Source of the DNA: an uncultured Solirubrobacteraceae bacterium
GTDB lineage: Bacteria > Actinomycetota > Thermoleophilia > Solirubrobacterales > Solirubrobacteraceae
NCBI GenBank assembly: GCA_964588985.1
Contig: CAZPQW010000004.1
Location: 120,375 to 184,374 of the forward strand
Length of the DNA stretch: 64,000 bases
Direction of reading: 5' to 3'
Both the position numbers and the translations under genes were made by a program. Below the pieces are notes generated by a model. The model was not told the DNA's origin, did no database searches, and worked only from the letters and a program-made list of their open reading frames with translations. Positions 27,289-37,843 of this stretch are shown piece after piece (within the stretch, counting starts at the first letter, position 1; each line of letters starts with the position of its first letter).

Positions 27289-28266
27289 TCAGTCGCCGCT
27301 GAGGTTCGGCGGCAGCGGCTGGCGGGGGGTGGGGGGATCGTCGGCGAGCAATTGGGGGACAGTCACGAGGCGAAGCCCTCGCGCGCGGATCCCGCGGATG
27401 ATCTCCGGCAGTGCCGCGATCGTCTGCGTGCGCACGCCACCCGCGTCGTGCATCAGGAGAATCGCGCCCGGCTGCGCGCCCGCGAGCGCGCGCTGCACGA
27501 TCGTTTCGACGCCCGGCTGCAGGTAGTCGTCGGTGTCGACCGACCACAGAACCATCAGCAGGCGCAGGTGGTGCAGCTCGCGCATGGTGGTTGTGTCGAA
27601 GGAGCCGTAGGGGGGGCGGAACAGGTCCGGCCGCTGCCCGCCGAGCAGTTCGACGCGCAGGATCTGTTCGAAGAGCTCTTCGTACTGGTCGTGGGCTGAC
27701 AGCTTTGCCAGCTCGGGGTGGCTCTCGGTGTGGTCGCCGATCGCGTCCCCGTCTTCGATCTCGCGCACGGTGGATGCGCTGAAGTAGCGCAGCATCTTGC
27801 CGATCACGAAGAACGTCGCGGGGGCGTGGAAGCGCTCCAGCACGCTCAGCACCTGCGGCGTGTAGGGACCCGGTCCGTCGTCGAAGGTCAACGCGACATC
27901 GCGCACGCGCGCGCTTCCCTGTTTGACGAACGGGGTGTACGCGAGGATCGATTTGATGGCCTGTTTGCCGTCCACCTGGCTGTCGCTCGGAGGTTTCGTG
28001 CGCGCCCGACGTGTGCTGGAGCTCTTGGTCGACGCGGAGGCGCCCGGGTGGTGAGACCCCGGCAGAGCGGCGACGAGCGCGATCACGGCCAACACGAGGA
28101 CGAGCACGAGCGCGGCGACCGCACGGCGGCGGCGGATGCGAATGACCTCCGGAGGGTGGGGGCGCGGCTGGGGGGAGGGTGCGCTGGGAGCGGCGGGCTC
28201 AGACGCTGACGCGCGCGCCCGGGCGGCCCTCTGCTCCTCGAAGTCCCAGTTCCAGTCGCGGCCCAT
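27289..28266 (-). CDS. Polysaccharide (peptidoglycan GlcNAc) deacetylase, membrane-anchored
   Basis: Canonical LTFDDGP, HTESH, RPPYG, LMHD. Confidence 0.92.
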   Translation of the reverse strand: MGRDWNWDFEEQRAARARASASEPAAPSAPSPQPRPHPPEVIRIRRRRAVAALVLVLVLAVIALVAALPGSHHPGASASTKSSSTRRARTKPPSDSQVDGKQAIKSILAYTPFVKQGSARVRDVALTFDDGPGPYTPQVLSVLERFHAPATFFVIGKMLRYFSASTVREIEDGDAIGDHTESHPELAKLSAHDQYEELFEQILRVELLGGQRPDLFRPPYGSFDTTTMRELHHLRLLMVLWSVDTDDYLQPGVETIVQRALAGAQPGAILLMHDAGGVRTQTIAALPEIIRGIRARGLRLVTVPQLLADDPPTPRQPLPPNLSGD

Positions 28267-28339
28267 TGGTCAGCGTCAGAGTAGAGCCATTCCGATGATT
28301 CAGCCGCTCTGCCGGCCGCTACGCGAGCGAAGGCTCAGA

Positions 28340-29413
28340 TCAACCCAAAGCCGTAACCGGCCCATGCGCGGCAACGGTCACCTCTGCCCCGACGGGCAGC
28401 GCGTACTCCCCGTGCACCCGCACGAGCAGCGGCTCCGTCAGCTTGGGGCTCTCCGGCCGGATGTGCATCAACGCGTCGTGGCCGTAATACCGGCACTGCT
28501 CCACGTGCCCCCGCAGTAGGCCGTCGGGCTCGCCGCTCCCCGAGTCCTCGCCCGTCTGCGCATACGGCCGCACGTCGAGCTGCTCGGGCCGGACCATCAC
28601 GACCCCCGCGCCGCTGCTAGGAACACCCTCCTGCGCGCGCAGTGTGAGCGCACCGAGCGGTGTGCGGGCGGCGCCGTCGCGGAAGTCGGCGTCGATCACG
28701 TTGACCGCGCCGAGGAAGCGCGCGAGCCGCTCGTCGACCGGACGCTCGTACAGATCGGCGGGCGAGCCCTGCTGGACGATCCGTCCGTCGCGCAGGACGG
28801 CGACGCTGTCGGCCATCGACAGCGCCTCCTCCTGGTCGTGCGTGACGAGCACCGTGGTGACGCCCTGCGCCTTCAGCAGCGAGCTGACCTCCTCGCGGAC
28901 GTGCGTGCGCAGCGACGCGTCGAGCGAGGAGAACGGCTCGTCCAGCAGCAGCGCTTGCGGACGGCGGGCGAGCGCGCGGGCGAGCGCGACACGCTGCTGC
29001 TCGCCGCCTGAGAGCTCGTGCGGCAGGCGCTTGGCGAGCGCGGCGATGCCGACCATCTCGAGCAGCTCTTCCACAGTCGCGCCGCGGCGCTCGCCGCGGG
29101 AGAGCCCGAAGCCGACGTTGCCCTCGACGGTGAGGTGCGGGAACAGCGCTCCCTCCTGCGGTACGTAGCCGACGGAGCGCCGCTCCGGCGGGACGAACGT
29201 GTGGCCGTCGTCGAGCGTCACCCCGGCGAGCGTCACATTGCCTCGTTCGGCGCGCTCGAAGCCCGCGATCACGCGCAGCAGCGTGGTCTTGCCGCAGCCG
29301 GACAGGCCGAGCGTGGCCGTCAGCGAGCCCGCGGGCACGGCGAGCTCGACGCCCTGTAGCACCGGTGCGTGGCCGTAGCTCTTCCACAGGCCGCTCACGT
29401 CGAGGCGGTTCAT
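28340..29413 (-). CDS. Fe3+ ABC transporter ATP-binding protein (FbpC-like)
   Basis: GLSGCGKT, LSGGEQQR, LLDEPFSSLD, TOBE-like tail; ATGA overlap. Confidence 0.92.
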   Translation of the reverse strand: MNRLDVSGLWKSYGHAPVLQGVELAVPAGSLTATLGLSGCGKTTLLRVIAGFERAERGNVTLAGVTLDDGHTFVPPERRSVGYVPQEGALFPHLTVEGNVGFGLSRGERRGATVEELLEMVGIAALAKRLPHELSGGEQQRVALARALARRPQALLLDEPFSSLDASLRTHVREEVSSLLKAQGVTTVLVTHDQEEALSMADSVAVLRDGRIVQQGSPADLYERPVDERLARFLGAVNVIDADFRDGAARTPLGALTLRAQEGVPSSGAGVVMVRPEQLDVRPYAQTGEDSGSGEPDGLLRGHVEQCRYYGHDALMHIRPESPKLTEPLLVRVHGEYALPVGAEVTVAAHGPVTALG

Positions 29414-31011
29414 GCGCTTTGCTCCATGCGCGCGAGCGTAGCCATGCGACGGCTCAGCAGGTAGGCGGGCACGGCGGATATCGCGACCATCGTCGCGGCG
29501 TACGGGGCGGCGGCTCCGTAGGAGAGTTCGCTCGTGTACGCCCAGAACTGGGTCGCGAGCGTGTTCACGCCGGTCGGTCGCAGCAGCAGCGTGGCGGTGA
29601 GCTCGGTGGCGGAGGAGATGAACACGAGCGCGAACGCCGCGCCGAGGCCCGGGGCGATCAGGGGCAGCGTCACCCGCCGCCAGGCCTCGCTGGGGGCGCA
29701 GCCCAGCGAGCGTCCGACCTCCTCCAGGCGCGGGGACGACTGCGCCATCGCCGAGCGCACGCCGACGAGCGCGAGCGGCAGGAACAGGACCGCGTAGGCA
29801 ACGATCAGCTCCAGCGAGCTCTGATACAGGGCGAACGCGTGACGAACGGTGAACGCGACGAGCCCGAGGGCGATCACGAGGCCGGGCAGCGCCATCGGGA
29901 GATACGCGAGACGCTCGATCAGCACGGTGAAGCGGTTGCGGTGGCGGATCGCGAGCGTGCTCACGGGCACTGCGAGCAGCGTCGCGATCGCGGCGGCCGC
30001 GGCGCTGTAGGCGGCGGTGTGTCCGAGCGCGGCGAGGATCGAGGTGGAGGGCAGGGTGCTCGAGCTGCCGCGGACGATCCAGTAGGCGAGCGAGCCGAGC
30101 GGCACGCCGAGCGCGAGGCCGACCAGCGCGATCAGGGCGGCGAGGACTGGCACCACCCTGCGCCCGAGTGGCACCCGCGGTGCGGTGCGACGGGCGCCCG
30201 GTCCGGCGCGCCACGATCGACCGCGCCCGCCGAGCGCGAGCTCCCCGCCGATCGCGGCTACGCTCAGCACGACGAGCACGAGCGCGAGCACGCACGCGCC
30301 GACCGTGTCGAAGCCGAGCTTGAACTCGGTGAAGATCGCGACCGTGAACGTGCGGTACTGCAGGATTTCAAAAGCGCCGAACTCGGCCAGCAGGCCGAGC
30401 GTCACGAGCAGGCACCCGCCGAGCATCGCCGGCCAGATCTGGCGCAGCGTGACCCTCCAGAACGTCTGCCACGGGCCGAGCCCGAGGCTGCGTGCGCTCT
30501 CCTCGAGACCGGCATCGAGTCGCGCCAGGGCGCCGGCGACGGGCAGATAGACGAGCGGGTACAGCGACAGCGTCATCACCATCACCGCGGCCAGGTAGCC
30601 GTGAAGGCTGGGCTCGATCGAGACCCACCCGAAGCTCACCACGAAGTCTGGGATCCCCAGCGGCAGCACCAGCAGCACACTCCAGAATCGCCTGCCGGGC
30701 AACTCGGTTCGCTCGACGCACCATGCGGCCGCGACGCCGACCACCGCGCACAGAAGGGTGCAGGCGAATACGAGGCGGACGGTGTTCCACAGCAACACCG
30801 CGACCGTGTGGCGCAGCAGCAGTCGCTGCACTTCGCTCCACCCGGACTGCTGCGCCTTGAGGAGCACGAAGACGAGCGGCAGCAGCACAAGCGCCGCGGC
30901 TATCGTCGCGCCCGCGACGCTCACCAGCGGCCAGCGCCGCCGGCCCGACCAAGTACGAGTCCATCTGCTGAGGGCGGGCTCGGTGGGAGCGATCGCGTTC
31001 ACCGCCGGCAC
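29410..31011 (-). CDS. Fe3+ ABC transporter permease (FbpB-like)
   Basis: Two EAA-like loops (LEESARSLG, LEEVGRSLG), multiple TMs. Confidence 0.92.
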   Translation of the reverse strand: MPAVNAIAPTEPALSRWTRTWSGRRRWPLVSVAGATIAAALVLLPLVFVLLKAQQSGWSEVQRLLLRHTVAVLLWNTVRLVFACTLLCAVVGVAAAWCVERTELPGRRFWSVLLVLPLGIPDFVVSFGWVSIEPSLHGYLAAVMVMTLSLYPLVYLPVAGALARLDAGLEESARSLGLGPWQTFWRVTLRQIWPAMLGGCLLVTLGLLAEFGAFEILQYRTFTVAIFTEFKLGFDTVGACVLALVLVVLSVAAIGGELALGGRGRSWRAGPGARRTAPRVPLGRRVVPVLAALIALVGLALGVPLGSLAYWIVRGSSSTLPSTSILAALGHTAAYSAAAAAIATLLAVPVSTLAIRHRNRFTVLIERLAYLPMALPGLVIALGLVAFTVRHAFALYQSSLELIVAYAVLFLPLALVGVRSAMAQSSPRLEEVGRSLGCAPSEAWRRVTLPLIAPGLGAAFALVFISSATELTATLLLRPTGVNTLATQFWAYTSELSYGAAAPYAATMVAISAVPAYLLSRRMATLARMEQSA

Positions 31012-32037
31012 CTACAGCAGCCCGAGCTTCTGCTCGAGTTCGAGCGCGGCCCTGCCGTCGCCGAGCTCCGCGGGGGTCAGCGACACGGCCTTCAACCGGG
31101 CGAACGGCGGCAGCCCGGGGGCGGCGGCCACGCCTGGGCGCAGCGGATACTCGTAGCTGTGGCTGTGCGCAATCGCTTCCTGTCCTACACGGCTCACCAG
31201 GAAGGCGAGGAAGGCCTGGGCGTCGGCCTGGTGCGAGCTGGATTTCAGGACCGCGGCGCCGGACACGTTCACGAGGTCGCCCGCGTCGCCCGCGGCGTAT
31301 TGGTGCAGTGCGGAGTGCAGCCCGCCTTGACCGACCTCGTCGCGCAGGCGATACCAGTAGTAGTGGTTGATCGGGGCGAGCGCGCTCTCGCCGTTGTTGA
31401 CCTGCACGACCGCCGCCTCGTTGTCGGGGTAGATCTTCGCGTTGGCCTTCACGCCCGCGAGCCAGCGTTCCGCCGCCGCCACGCCGTCGAGCTTCAAGAT
31501 CGCCGAGATCAGCGGCTGGGCGTCGGTCTCCGAGGGGGCGAAGCCGAGCTTGCCCTTCCACTTCGGATCGGCCAGATCGAGGATGTGGCTCGGCAGTTGC
31601 GCGGAAGCGATCTGCGAGGCGTTGTAGACGAGCACCGAGTCGCGCGCTGAGACGCCGACCCAGGCGCCGGTGGCGGAGTCGTCGCGTCTCGGCACCGCCG
31701 CAAGCGTGGACGGGCGCACCGGCGCCAGCAGGCCTTTCTCGCGCAGTGCTTCCAGGACCGGGGTGTTCTCCGTGTAGAACACGTCCGCGGGAGAGCTCGA
31801 GCCCTCCTGCTCGATCTGGCTCGCGAGCGTGGCCTCGTCGCCGGAGCGAACTTCGACCTTGACGTGCGTCTGTCGTTCGAAGGCCGCGACGAGCAGGGCG
31901 GTGGTCTGTTCGTGTTGACCGTTGTAGAGGGTGAGCGTCGCCTTGCCGTTGCTCGAGGAGCCTGCGCAAGCGGTGAGTAGCAGCGCGGCGGCAATGGCCG
32001 GCAGCAGGCTGAAAACTGGCAGTTGGAAGCGGCTCAT
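31012..32037 (-). CDS. Fe3+ ABC transporter substrate-binding lipoprotein (FbpA/FutA-like)
   Basis: Lipobox LTAC, LYNGQH, EGSSSPADVF, INHYYW tandem Tyr iron ligands. Confidence 0.92.
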   Translation of the reverse strand: MSRFQLPVFSLLPAIAAALLLTACAGSSSNGKATLTLYNGQHEQTTALLVAAFERQTHVKVEVRSGDEATLASQIEQEGSSSPADVFYTENTPVLEALREKGLLAPVRPSTLAAVPRRDDSATGAWVGVSARDSVLVYNASQIASAQLPSHILDLADPKWKGKLGFAPSETDAQPLISAILKLDGVAAAERWLAGVKANAKIYPDNEAAVVQVNNGESALAPINHYYWYRLRDEVGQGGLHSALHQYAAGDAGDLVNVSGAAVLKSSSHQADAQAFLAFLVSRVGQEAIAHSHSYEYPLRPGVAAAPGLPPFARLKAVSLTPAELGDGRAALELEQKLGLL

Positions 32038-32086
32038 CCTTGATATCCGATCCCTGGAGTCGGGATGACAGGACGGGACGGTAGCA

Positions 32087-32105
32087 CAGAGTTAGGGTCC
32101 CCTAA
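32087..32105. promoter_or_regulatory. DtxR/IdeR-like iron box (TTAGG-GTCC-CCTAA)
   Basis: Matches the TTAGG-N4-CCTAA core of the DtxR/IdeR consensus; upstream of the Fe3+ ABC operon. Confidence 0.6.
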
Positions 32106-32153
32106 TAGCTGTGGGCGCGCACATTCGCCGTCGAATGCGTGAGAATCACCGCC

Positions 32154-32612
32154 ATGCACGTAACCGCAAAGGCCGACTACGCCGTAAGGGCCGTCGTCGA
32201 GCTCGTCGACTCGAGCCAGGAATCGCCACGCAAGGTCGACGAGGTGGCGAAGGCGCAGGGCATCCCCGTGTCCTTCCTGGAGAACATCCTCACCCAGCTG
32301 CGCTCGTCGGGGATCGTTCGTTCTCAGCGCGGTCCCGAGGGCGGCTACTGGCTGGCGCTGCCGGCCGACGAGGTCAACCTCGCGCACATCATCCGCGCGG
32401 TCGAGGGACCCTTGGTGGGTGTTCGCGGACAGCGTCCCGAGGAGATCGAGTACGTCGGCTCCGCGGAGGCTCTGCAGCAGGTGTGGATCGCGCTGCGCGC
32501 CAACCTGCGCAAAGTGCTCGAGCATGTGACCATCGCCGACGTTGCCGCGGGCAAGCTGCCGAAGGACGTCATCGCGCTCACACGCGACGAGGCCGCCTGG
32601 GAAACGCGTTAA
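32154..32612 (+). CDS. Rrf2-family transcriptional regulator (CymR-like, no Fe-S Cys ligands)
   Basis: [30 protein letters not shown]; adjacent to the sulfate ABC. Confidence 0.92.
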   Translation: MHVTAKADYAVRAVVELVDSSQESPRKVDEVAKAQGIPVSFLENILTQLRSSGIVRSQRGPEGGYWLALPADEVNLAHIIRAVEGPLVGVRGQRPEEIEYVGSAEALQQVWIALRANLRKVLEHVTIADVAAGKLPKDVIALTRDEAAWETR

Positions 32613-33565
32613 CCGGCGAACACGCGCGGCGAAGGTAGGCGCACGGAGAGGATCTGGCCCTCCGTGAGTTCCAGCTCCTGGGCGTTCTCGCGCGTGACCT
32701 GGGCCCAGATCTCCCGGCCGTCGTGGAGCTTGAGCTCGACGCGGACCTCGAAGCCGAGGTGCACGACGCGCTCGACGAGCGCCTCGCTGCCGGTGCCGTC
32801 GTCCTGCGCCAGGATCTGGATGTCGTGCGGGCGCACAAACGCGTCGCCGAGGCGGTTGACAGGGCCGATGAACGACATCACGAACTCGTTCGCCGGACTC
32901 TCGTAGAGATCGCGCGGTGCTCCGGCCTGCTCGACGCGCCCCTTGTTCATCACCACGATCTGCTCGGCGACTTCCATCGCCTCCTCCTGGTCGTGGGTGA
33001 CGAAGATCGTGGTCACGTGGATCTCCTCGTGCAACCTGCGCAGCCATTCGCGCAGCTCCGCGCGCACCTGCGCGTCGAGCGCGCCGAACGGCTCGTCCAG
33101 CAGCAGCACCTGAGGCTGTACGGCGAGCGCGCGGGCGAGCGCCATCCGCTGCAGCTGGCCGCCCGAGAGCTGGGAGGGGTAGCGCTCGGCGAGGCCGTCG
33201 AGGCGCACGAGGCCGAGCAGCTCCTTGACGCGCTCCTGGATCTCGGCCTTGGGGCGCTTGCGCACGCTCAGCCCGAAACCGACGTTGTCGTGCACGGTCA
33301 TGTGCTTGAAGGGCGCGTAGTGCTGGAAGACGAAGCCCACGCCGCGAGTTCGCGCTGGGGAGTTGGTGACGTCCTCTCCGCCGATCAGCACCTCGCCCGT
33401 GTCAGGTGTCTCGAGGCCCGCGATGATGCGCAGCAACGTGGACTTGCCGCTTCCGCTCGGCCCCAGGAGTGCCGTCAGGGCGCCGTCGCCGACGGTGACG
33501 TTGACGTCTTCGAGCGCGACGAAGTCGCCGAATTTCTTGCCGACGTTGCGAGCCTCGATCGCCAT
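32609..33565 (-). CDS. cysA: Sulfate/thiosulfate ABC ATP-binding protein
   Basis: [29 protein letters not shown], operon context. Confidence 0.92.
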   Translation of the reverse strand: MAIEARNVGKKFGDFVALEDVNVTVGDGALTALLGPSGSGKSTLLRIIAGLETPDTGEVLIGGEDVTNSPARTRGVGFVFQHYAPFKHMTVHDNVGFGLSVRKRPKAEIQERVKELLGLVRLDGLAERYPSQLSGGQLQRMALARALAVQPQVLLLDEPFGALDAQVRAELREWLRRLHEEIHVTTIFVTHDQEEAMEVAEQIVVMNKGRVEQAGAPRDLYESPANEFVMSFIGPVNRLGDAFVRPHDIQILAQDDGTGSEALVERVVHLGFEVRVELKLHDGREIWAQVTRENAQELELTEGQILSVRLPSPRVFAG

Positions 33566-34371
33566 CAGACGGCCACCTTTCGATGGGTGCGCCGGGTCAG
33601 CAGGTTCATCGCGAGCAGCGTCCCGAGCGCGAGCAGCGCGAGCACCACGGCGGCGGTGTAGGCGCCCGTGGGGTCGAAGTTCTCGAAGCGATCCTGCACG
33701 AACAGCGGCAGCGTCTGCGTCTGGCCCTCGATCCGCCCGGAGACGATGCTCACCGCGCCGAACTCGCCGAGCGCGCGCGCGGTGGTGAGCACGACGCCGT
33801 AGACCACGCCCCAGCGGATGCCGGGCAACGTGATGCGCCAGAACGTCTGCCAGGCGCTCGCGCCGAGCGTCTCGGCGGCCTGCTCGGCGTCGATGCCGAG
33901 CTCACGCAGCACCGGCATCGTCTCGCGCACGACGAACGGCAGCGACACGACGGCGGTAGCGATCACCATCCCGGGGACGGAGAAGATGACCTGGATGCCC
34001 TGTTCGGCGAGCCAGTCGCCGAGCCAGCCGGTTTTGCCGTAGACGAGTACCAGCGACAGGCCGACTACGACCGGCGAGATCGCGAACGGCAGGTCGATCA
34101 GCGTGCCCAGCACCGCCTTGCCGCGGAAGCGGCCGCGCTCGAGCAGCAGCGCCATGCCGATCCCGAACGCGGTGTTCAGCGGCACCGCGATCGCGACGAT
34201 CTCGAGCGACAGCCAGAAGGCGTGCACCGCGTTGGGCTGGGTGATGGAGCTCCACACGGGGGAGAGGCCGTGTTCGAACGTGCGGTAGAAGATCATCGCG
34301 ACCGGCGCGAGCAGCAGCAGCGCGAGGTAGCCGAGCGCGACCGTGCGCACGCCGTACTTCCTAAAGGACAT
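33565..34371 (-). CDS. cysW: Sulfate ABC permease
   Basis: [28 protein letters not shown]. Confidence 0.92.
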   Translation of the reverse strand: MSFRKYGVRTVALGYLALLLLAPVAMIFYRTFEHGLSPVWSSITQPNAVHAFWLSLEIVAIAVPLNTAFGIGMALLLERGRFRGKAVLGTLIDLPFAISPVVVGLSLVLVYGKTGWLGDWLAEQGIQVIFSVPGMVIATAVVSLPFVVRETMPVLRELGIDAEQAAETLGASAWQTFWRITLPGIRWGVVYGVVLTTARALGEFGAVSIVSGRIEGQTQTLPLFVQDRFENFDPTGAYTAAVVLALLALGTLLAMNLLTRRTHRKVAV

Positions 34372-35221
34372 GCTGGGACCTCTTGCGCAGGACGAACCCG
34401 AGCACCGCGAGCACGAGCAGCGCGATCACCAGCAGGAACACCGACACGGCGGCCGCGGCTGGCAGGTTTTCGTCTTGGATCTGTCCGAAGATGTACACGG
34501 AGCCGACCTCCGTCTTGAACGGCAGCTCGCCGGTGATCAGCACCAGCGATCCGTACTCGCCGAGCGCGCGCGCGAAGCTGAGCGCGACGCCGGAGATGAT
34601 CGCCGGGGCGAGCGTCGGCAGCACGATCCGGCGCAGGATCGTGAACTGGCTCGCGCCGAGCGAGGATGCCGCTTCCTCCATCGAGCGGTCGAGCTCGAGC
34701 AGCACCGGCTGGACCGAACGCACCACGAACGGCAGCGTCACGAACAGCAGCGCCAAGCCGATCGACGCGCGCGTGAACGCGACGTCGATGCCGACAGGGC
34801 TTTTGTTGCCATACAACGCCAGCAGCACGACACCCGCGACGATCGTGGGCAGCGCGAACGGCAGGTCGATCAGGGCGTTGACGATCTTCTTGCCGGGGAA
34901 CTCGTCGCGCACGAGCACCCACGCGATGATCGTGCCGAAGAACGCGTTGATCGCGACCACGATCACCGCGGCGATCAGCGTTAGCTTGATCGCCGCCGTC
35001 GCCTCTGGATTGGAGACCTCGCGCCAGAACGCGCCCAGCCCGCCCGTCGAGGACTTCACGAGCAGCGCCGCGATCGGCAACAGCACGAGCGCCGTCAGGT
35101 AGATCCCGAGCACGCCCTTTCCGAGCGTGCCGACGCCGCGGGCTCCGATGCGAAACCCGCCCGCGGCGCCGCGCCTTCCAAGCGCGACCGATGAGGGGCT
35201 ACTTGGCAGTGGAGACCCCAA
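34361..35221 (-). CDS. cysT: Sulfate ABC permease (start uncertain)
   Basis: IDLPFALPTIVAG, FVTLPFVVRSVQPVL, ARALGEYGS. Confidence 0.92.
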   Translation of the reverse strand: MGSPLPSSPSSVALGRRGAAGGFRIGARGVGTLGKGVLGIYLTALVLLPIAALLVKSSTGGLGAFWREVSNPEATAAIKLTLIAAVIVVAINAFFGTIIAWVLVRDEFPGKKIVNALIDLPFALPTIVAGVVLLALYGNKSPVGIDVAFTRASIGLALLFVTLPFVVRSVQPVLLELDRSMEEAASSLGASQFTILRRIVLPTLAPAIISGVALSFARALGEYGSLVLITGELPFKTEVGSVYIFGQIQDENLPAAAAVSVFLLVIALLVLAVLGFVLRKRSQHVL

Positions 35222-36218
35222 GCGACTGCTCGATCTTCGTCACGATCCCCGTTTCGGGTTCGAAGAATTCCTTGGAGACCTTCTTCCAGCCCCCGAGCGT
35301 GTCGATCGTGAACTGTCCCGCGGGCGTCGGGAACTTCGACGCGCCCGCGACTCCGGAAATCACCGGGCGGTAGCCCTTTTCGGCCCAGATCGCCTGGCCG
35401 GCGGGGGAGAGTAGGTATTCGACGAACGCCTTCGCGGCCGTCGAGGAGCCCGCCACCGCGATCGGGTTCTGGATCTCGATCGTGTCCTTGGGGATCACGT
35501 ATTCGATCGCCGCGCCCTTCTTCTTGTCGGAGATCGCCTCGTTCTCGTAGTCGATCAGCGCGTCGCCGCGGCCGGAGAGGAACGTCTGCAGCGCGTTGCG
35601 CGCGGAGCTGTCCTGGCTGACGACGTTGTGGAACAGCGTCTTCAGGTATTCCTGCGCCTGCGCGGGCGTCTTGCCTTCCTTCAGCTGCGCGCCGTAGGCG
35701 GCCATCACGTTCCAACGCGCGCTGCCGGAGGTGAACGGGTTGGGCGTGAGCACCTGCACGCCCGGCTTGACGAGATCTGCCCAGCCGGTTATGTGCTTGG
35801 GGTTGCCCTTGCGCACGATGATCACGGCCACCGAGTCGCTGACGAAGCCGTGTGTGGCGTTCTGGTTCCACGTGGGAGACACGAGGCCGGCCTTCACGAG
35901 CCGTTCGACGTCTGGTTCGAGCGAGAAGTTGACCACGTCGGCGTGCAGCCCGTTGGCGACCGAGCGGCTCTGTTCACCGGAGGGGCCGTAGGACTGGCTG
36001 AAGGAGACGCCTTTGCCCGCCGGCGTCGCCTCGAACGCGGGGATGAGCTTTTCGAAGACTCCCTGCGGCGTCGAGTAGGCCACGAGCGTCAGGTGCGAGC
36101 CGCCCGAGCTGGAGCTGGAGGACGAGCCGCATGCGGCAAGTCCGAGCGTGGCTGCGATCAGCGAGACGACAACGACGGCGGTGCGTTTGATCATGGTCAC
36201 TTTCTGCGTAGAGAACAT
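35199..36218 (-). CDS. sbp: Sulfate-binding lipoprotein
   Basis: Lipobox LAAC, SYGPSGEQSR, TPNPFTSGSARWN, YENEA; alternative start 36194. Confidence 0.92.
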   Translation of the reverse strand: MFSTQKVTMIKRTAVVVVSLIAATLGLAACGSSSSSSSGGSHLTLVAYSTPQGVFEKLIPAFEATPAGKGVSFSQSYGPSGEQSRSVANGLHADVVNFSLEPDVERLVKAGLVSPTWNQNATHGFVSDSVAVIIVRKGNPKHITGWADLVKPGVQVLTPNPFTSGSARWNVMAAYGAQLKEGKTPAQAQEYLKTLFHNVVSQDSSARNALQTFLSGRGDALIDYENEAISDKKKGAAIEYVIPKDTIEIQNPIAVAGSSTAAKAFVEYLLSPAGQAIWAEKGYRPVISGVAGASKFPTPAGQFTIDTLGGWKKVSKEFFEPETGIVTKIEQSLGVSTAK

Positions 36219-36455
36219 GGAAATGGGTTCCAAAGTGAGAAAGCCTACTGGAATTAGGACATATCCAAGCGAATCGAGTGGAAAGCACGGGATACCCCGG
36301 AGGGTGTCCACGGGCTTCTGTGCGATACGGCACATTCGATGCGGGGGCGTGCGCCTTCGGGTACCCTGTCAAGGGTCAAGGGCCGGCTCTGTCAAGGGTC
36401 GAGCTCGACGCCATCCCCTCACGGCGTCCCCGCATCCAAAAGGAGATTTCACCCG

Positions 36456-37781
36456 ATGTCAGCTTCACCGTCAGCCGTTTCGTCTGTCGACAGCCCTCCG
36501 GCCGCGGACGTCACCGAGGCCGCCGAGGCGGCGGTTCAGGCGATCACCGGCTCAGCCAACCAGGACGTGACGTTCTCGCTGGCGCTGACCCAGGACCAGA
36601 AGGACATCCGTGATTGGGTCCACGGCTTCGCCGCCGACGTGATGCGTCCGGCCGCCCACGAGTGGGACGAGAAGGAGAAAACCCCCTGGCCGATCATCCA
36701 AGAGGCCGCGAAGATCGGCCTGTACGGGTTCGAAGGCCTGGCGCAGTTCTTCGCCGACCCGACCGGCCTGACGCTGCCGATCGTCAACGAGGAGCTGTTC
36801 TGGGGCGACGCCGGGATCGGAATGTCGATCATGGGCACCGCGCTGGCGGTGGCGGCGATCTTCGGGCAGGGCTCGGGCGAGCAGATCGGCGAATGGATCC
36901 CGAGGTGCTTCGGCACCCCGGAGGACCTGAAGGTCGCGGCGTTCTGCGCCTCGGAGCCGAACGCCGGCTCGGACGTGTCCGGCGTTCGCACGCGCGCGAA
37001 GTTCGACGAGGCGACGAACGAGTGGGTGATCAACGGCCAGAAGGCGTGGGCCACGAACGGCGGCATCTCCGACGTGCACGTGGTGATCGCGACCGTCGAC
37101 CCCGAGCTCGGCTCGAAAGGCCACGCGGCGTTCGTCATTCCGATGAGCGAAGCGAAGGGCATCTCCGAAGGCACGAAGGTCTCCAAGCACGGCCTGCGCG
37201 CGTCGCACACGGCGGACGTGTTCCTCGACGACTGTCGCATCCCCGCCGGCTACGTGCTCGGCGGCAAGGAGAAGCTCGACGAGCGCATCGCGCGCGTTCG
37301 CGAGGGCAAGAAGGGCAAGTCCCAGGCCGCGATGCAGACCTTCGAGGCCTCGCGTCCGACGGTCGGCTCGCAGGCGCTCGGCATCGCCCGCGCGGCGTAT
37401 GAGTACTCGCTGGAGTACGCCAAGGACCGCGAACAGTTCGGCAAGAAGATCATCGAGAACCAGTCGATCGCGTTCACGCTCGCGCGCATGAAGATGGAGA
37501 TCGACGCGGCCCGCCTGCTCGTGTGGCGTGCCTCGTGGATGGGGCGCAACCAGGTCCCGTTCGAGAACGCGGAGGGCTCGATGAGCAAGCTCAAGTCCGG
37601 CGAGGTGGCGGTGTGGGCGACCGAGCGTGCGATCCAGATCCTCGGCGGCAACGGCTACACGCGCGAGTTCCCCGTCGAGCGCTGGCACCGCGACGCGAAG
37701 ATCTACGACATCTTCGAGGGCACCGCCGAGATCCAGCAGCTGGTGATCTCGCGCGCGATCTCCGGGATGCACATCAAGTAG
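36456..37781 (+). CDS. Acyl-CoA dehydrogenase
   Basis: CASEPNAGSD, INGQKAWATNG, REQFGKKI, QILGGNGY...RDAKIYDIFEGT; AGGAG RBS. Confidence 0.95.
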   Translation: MSASPSAVSSVDSPPAADVTEAAEAAVQAITGSANQDVTFSLALTQDQKDIRDWVHGFAADVMRPAAHEWDEKEKTPWPIIQEAAKIGLYGFEGLAQFFADPTGLTLPIVNEELFWGDAGIGMSIMGTALAVAAIFGQGSGEQIGEWIPRCFGTPEDLKVAAFCASEPNAGSDVSGVRTRAKFDEATNEWVINGQKAWATNGGISDVHVVIATVDPELGSKGHAAFVIPMSEAKGISEGTKVSKHGLRASHTADVFLDDCRIPAGYVLGGKEKLDERIARVREGKKGKSQAAMQTFEASRPTVGSQALGIARAAYEYSLEYAKDREQFGKKIIENQSIAFTLARMKMEIDAARLLVWRASWMGRNQVPFENAEGSMSKLKSGEVAVWATERAIQILGGNGYTREFPVERWHRDAKIYDIFEGTAEIQQLVISRAISGMHIK

Positions 37782-37798
37782 CCAGCTGGAGTCTCCGT

Positions 37799-37843
37799 AA
37801 CTGATCGGGGGGTTGACAGTTAGCAACCTCCCGATTAGTTTTT
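37799..37843 (+). terminator. Long hairpin plus T-run after the acyl-CoA dehydrogenase
   Basis: AACTGATCGGGGGGTTG-N8-CAACCTCCCGATTAGTT(TTT): 17-bp stem with two G-U pairs. Confidence 0.6.
37813..37841 (+). promoter_or_regulatory. Sigma70/HrdB-type promoter TTGACA-N17-TAGTTT
   Basis: Perfect -35, 17-nt spacer, TAnnnT -10; upstream of the gene at 37920. Confidence 0.7.
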
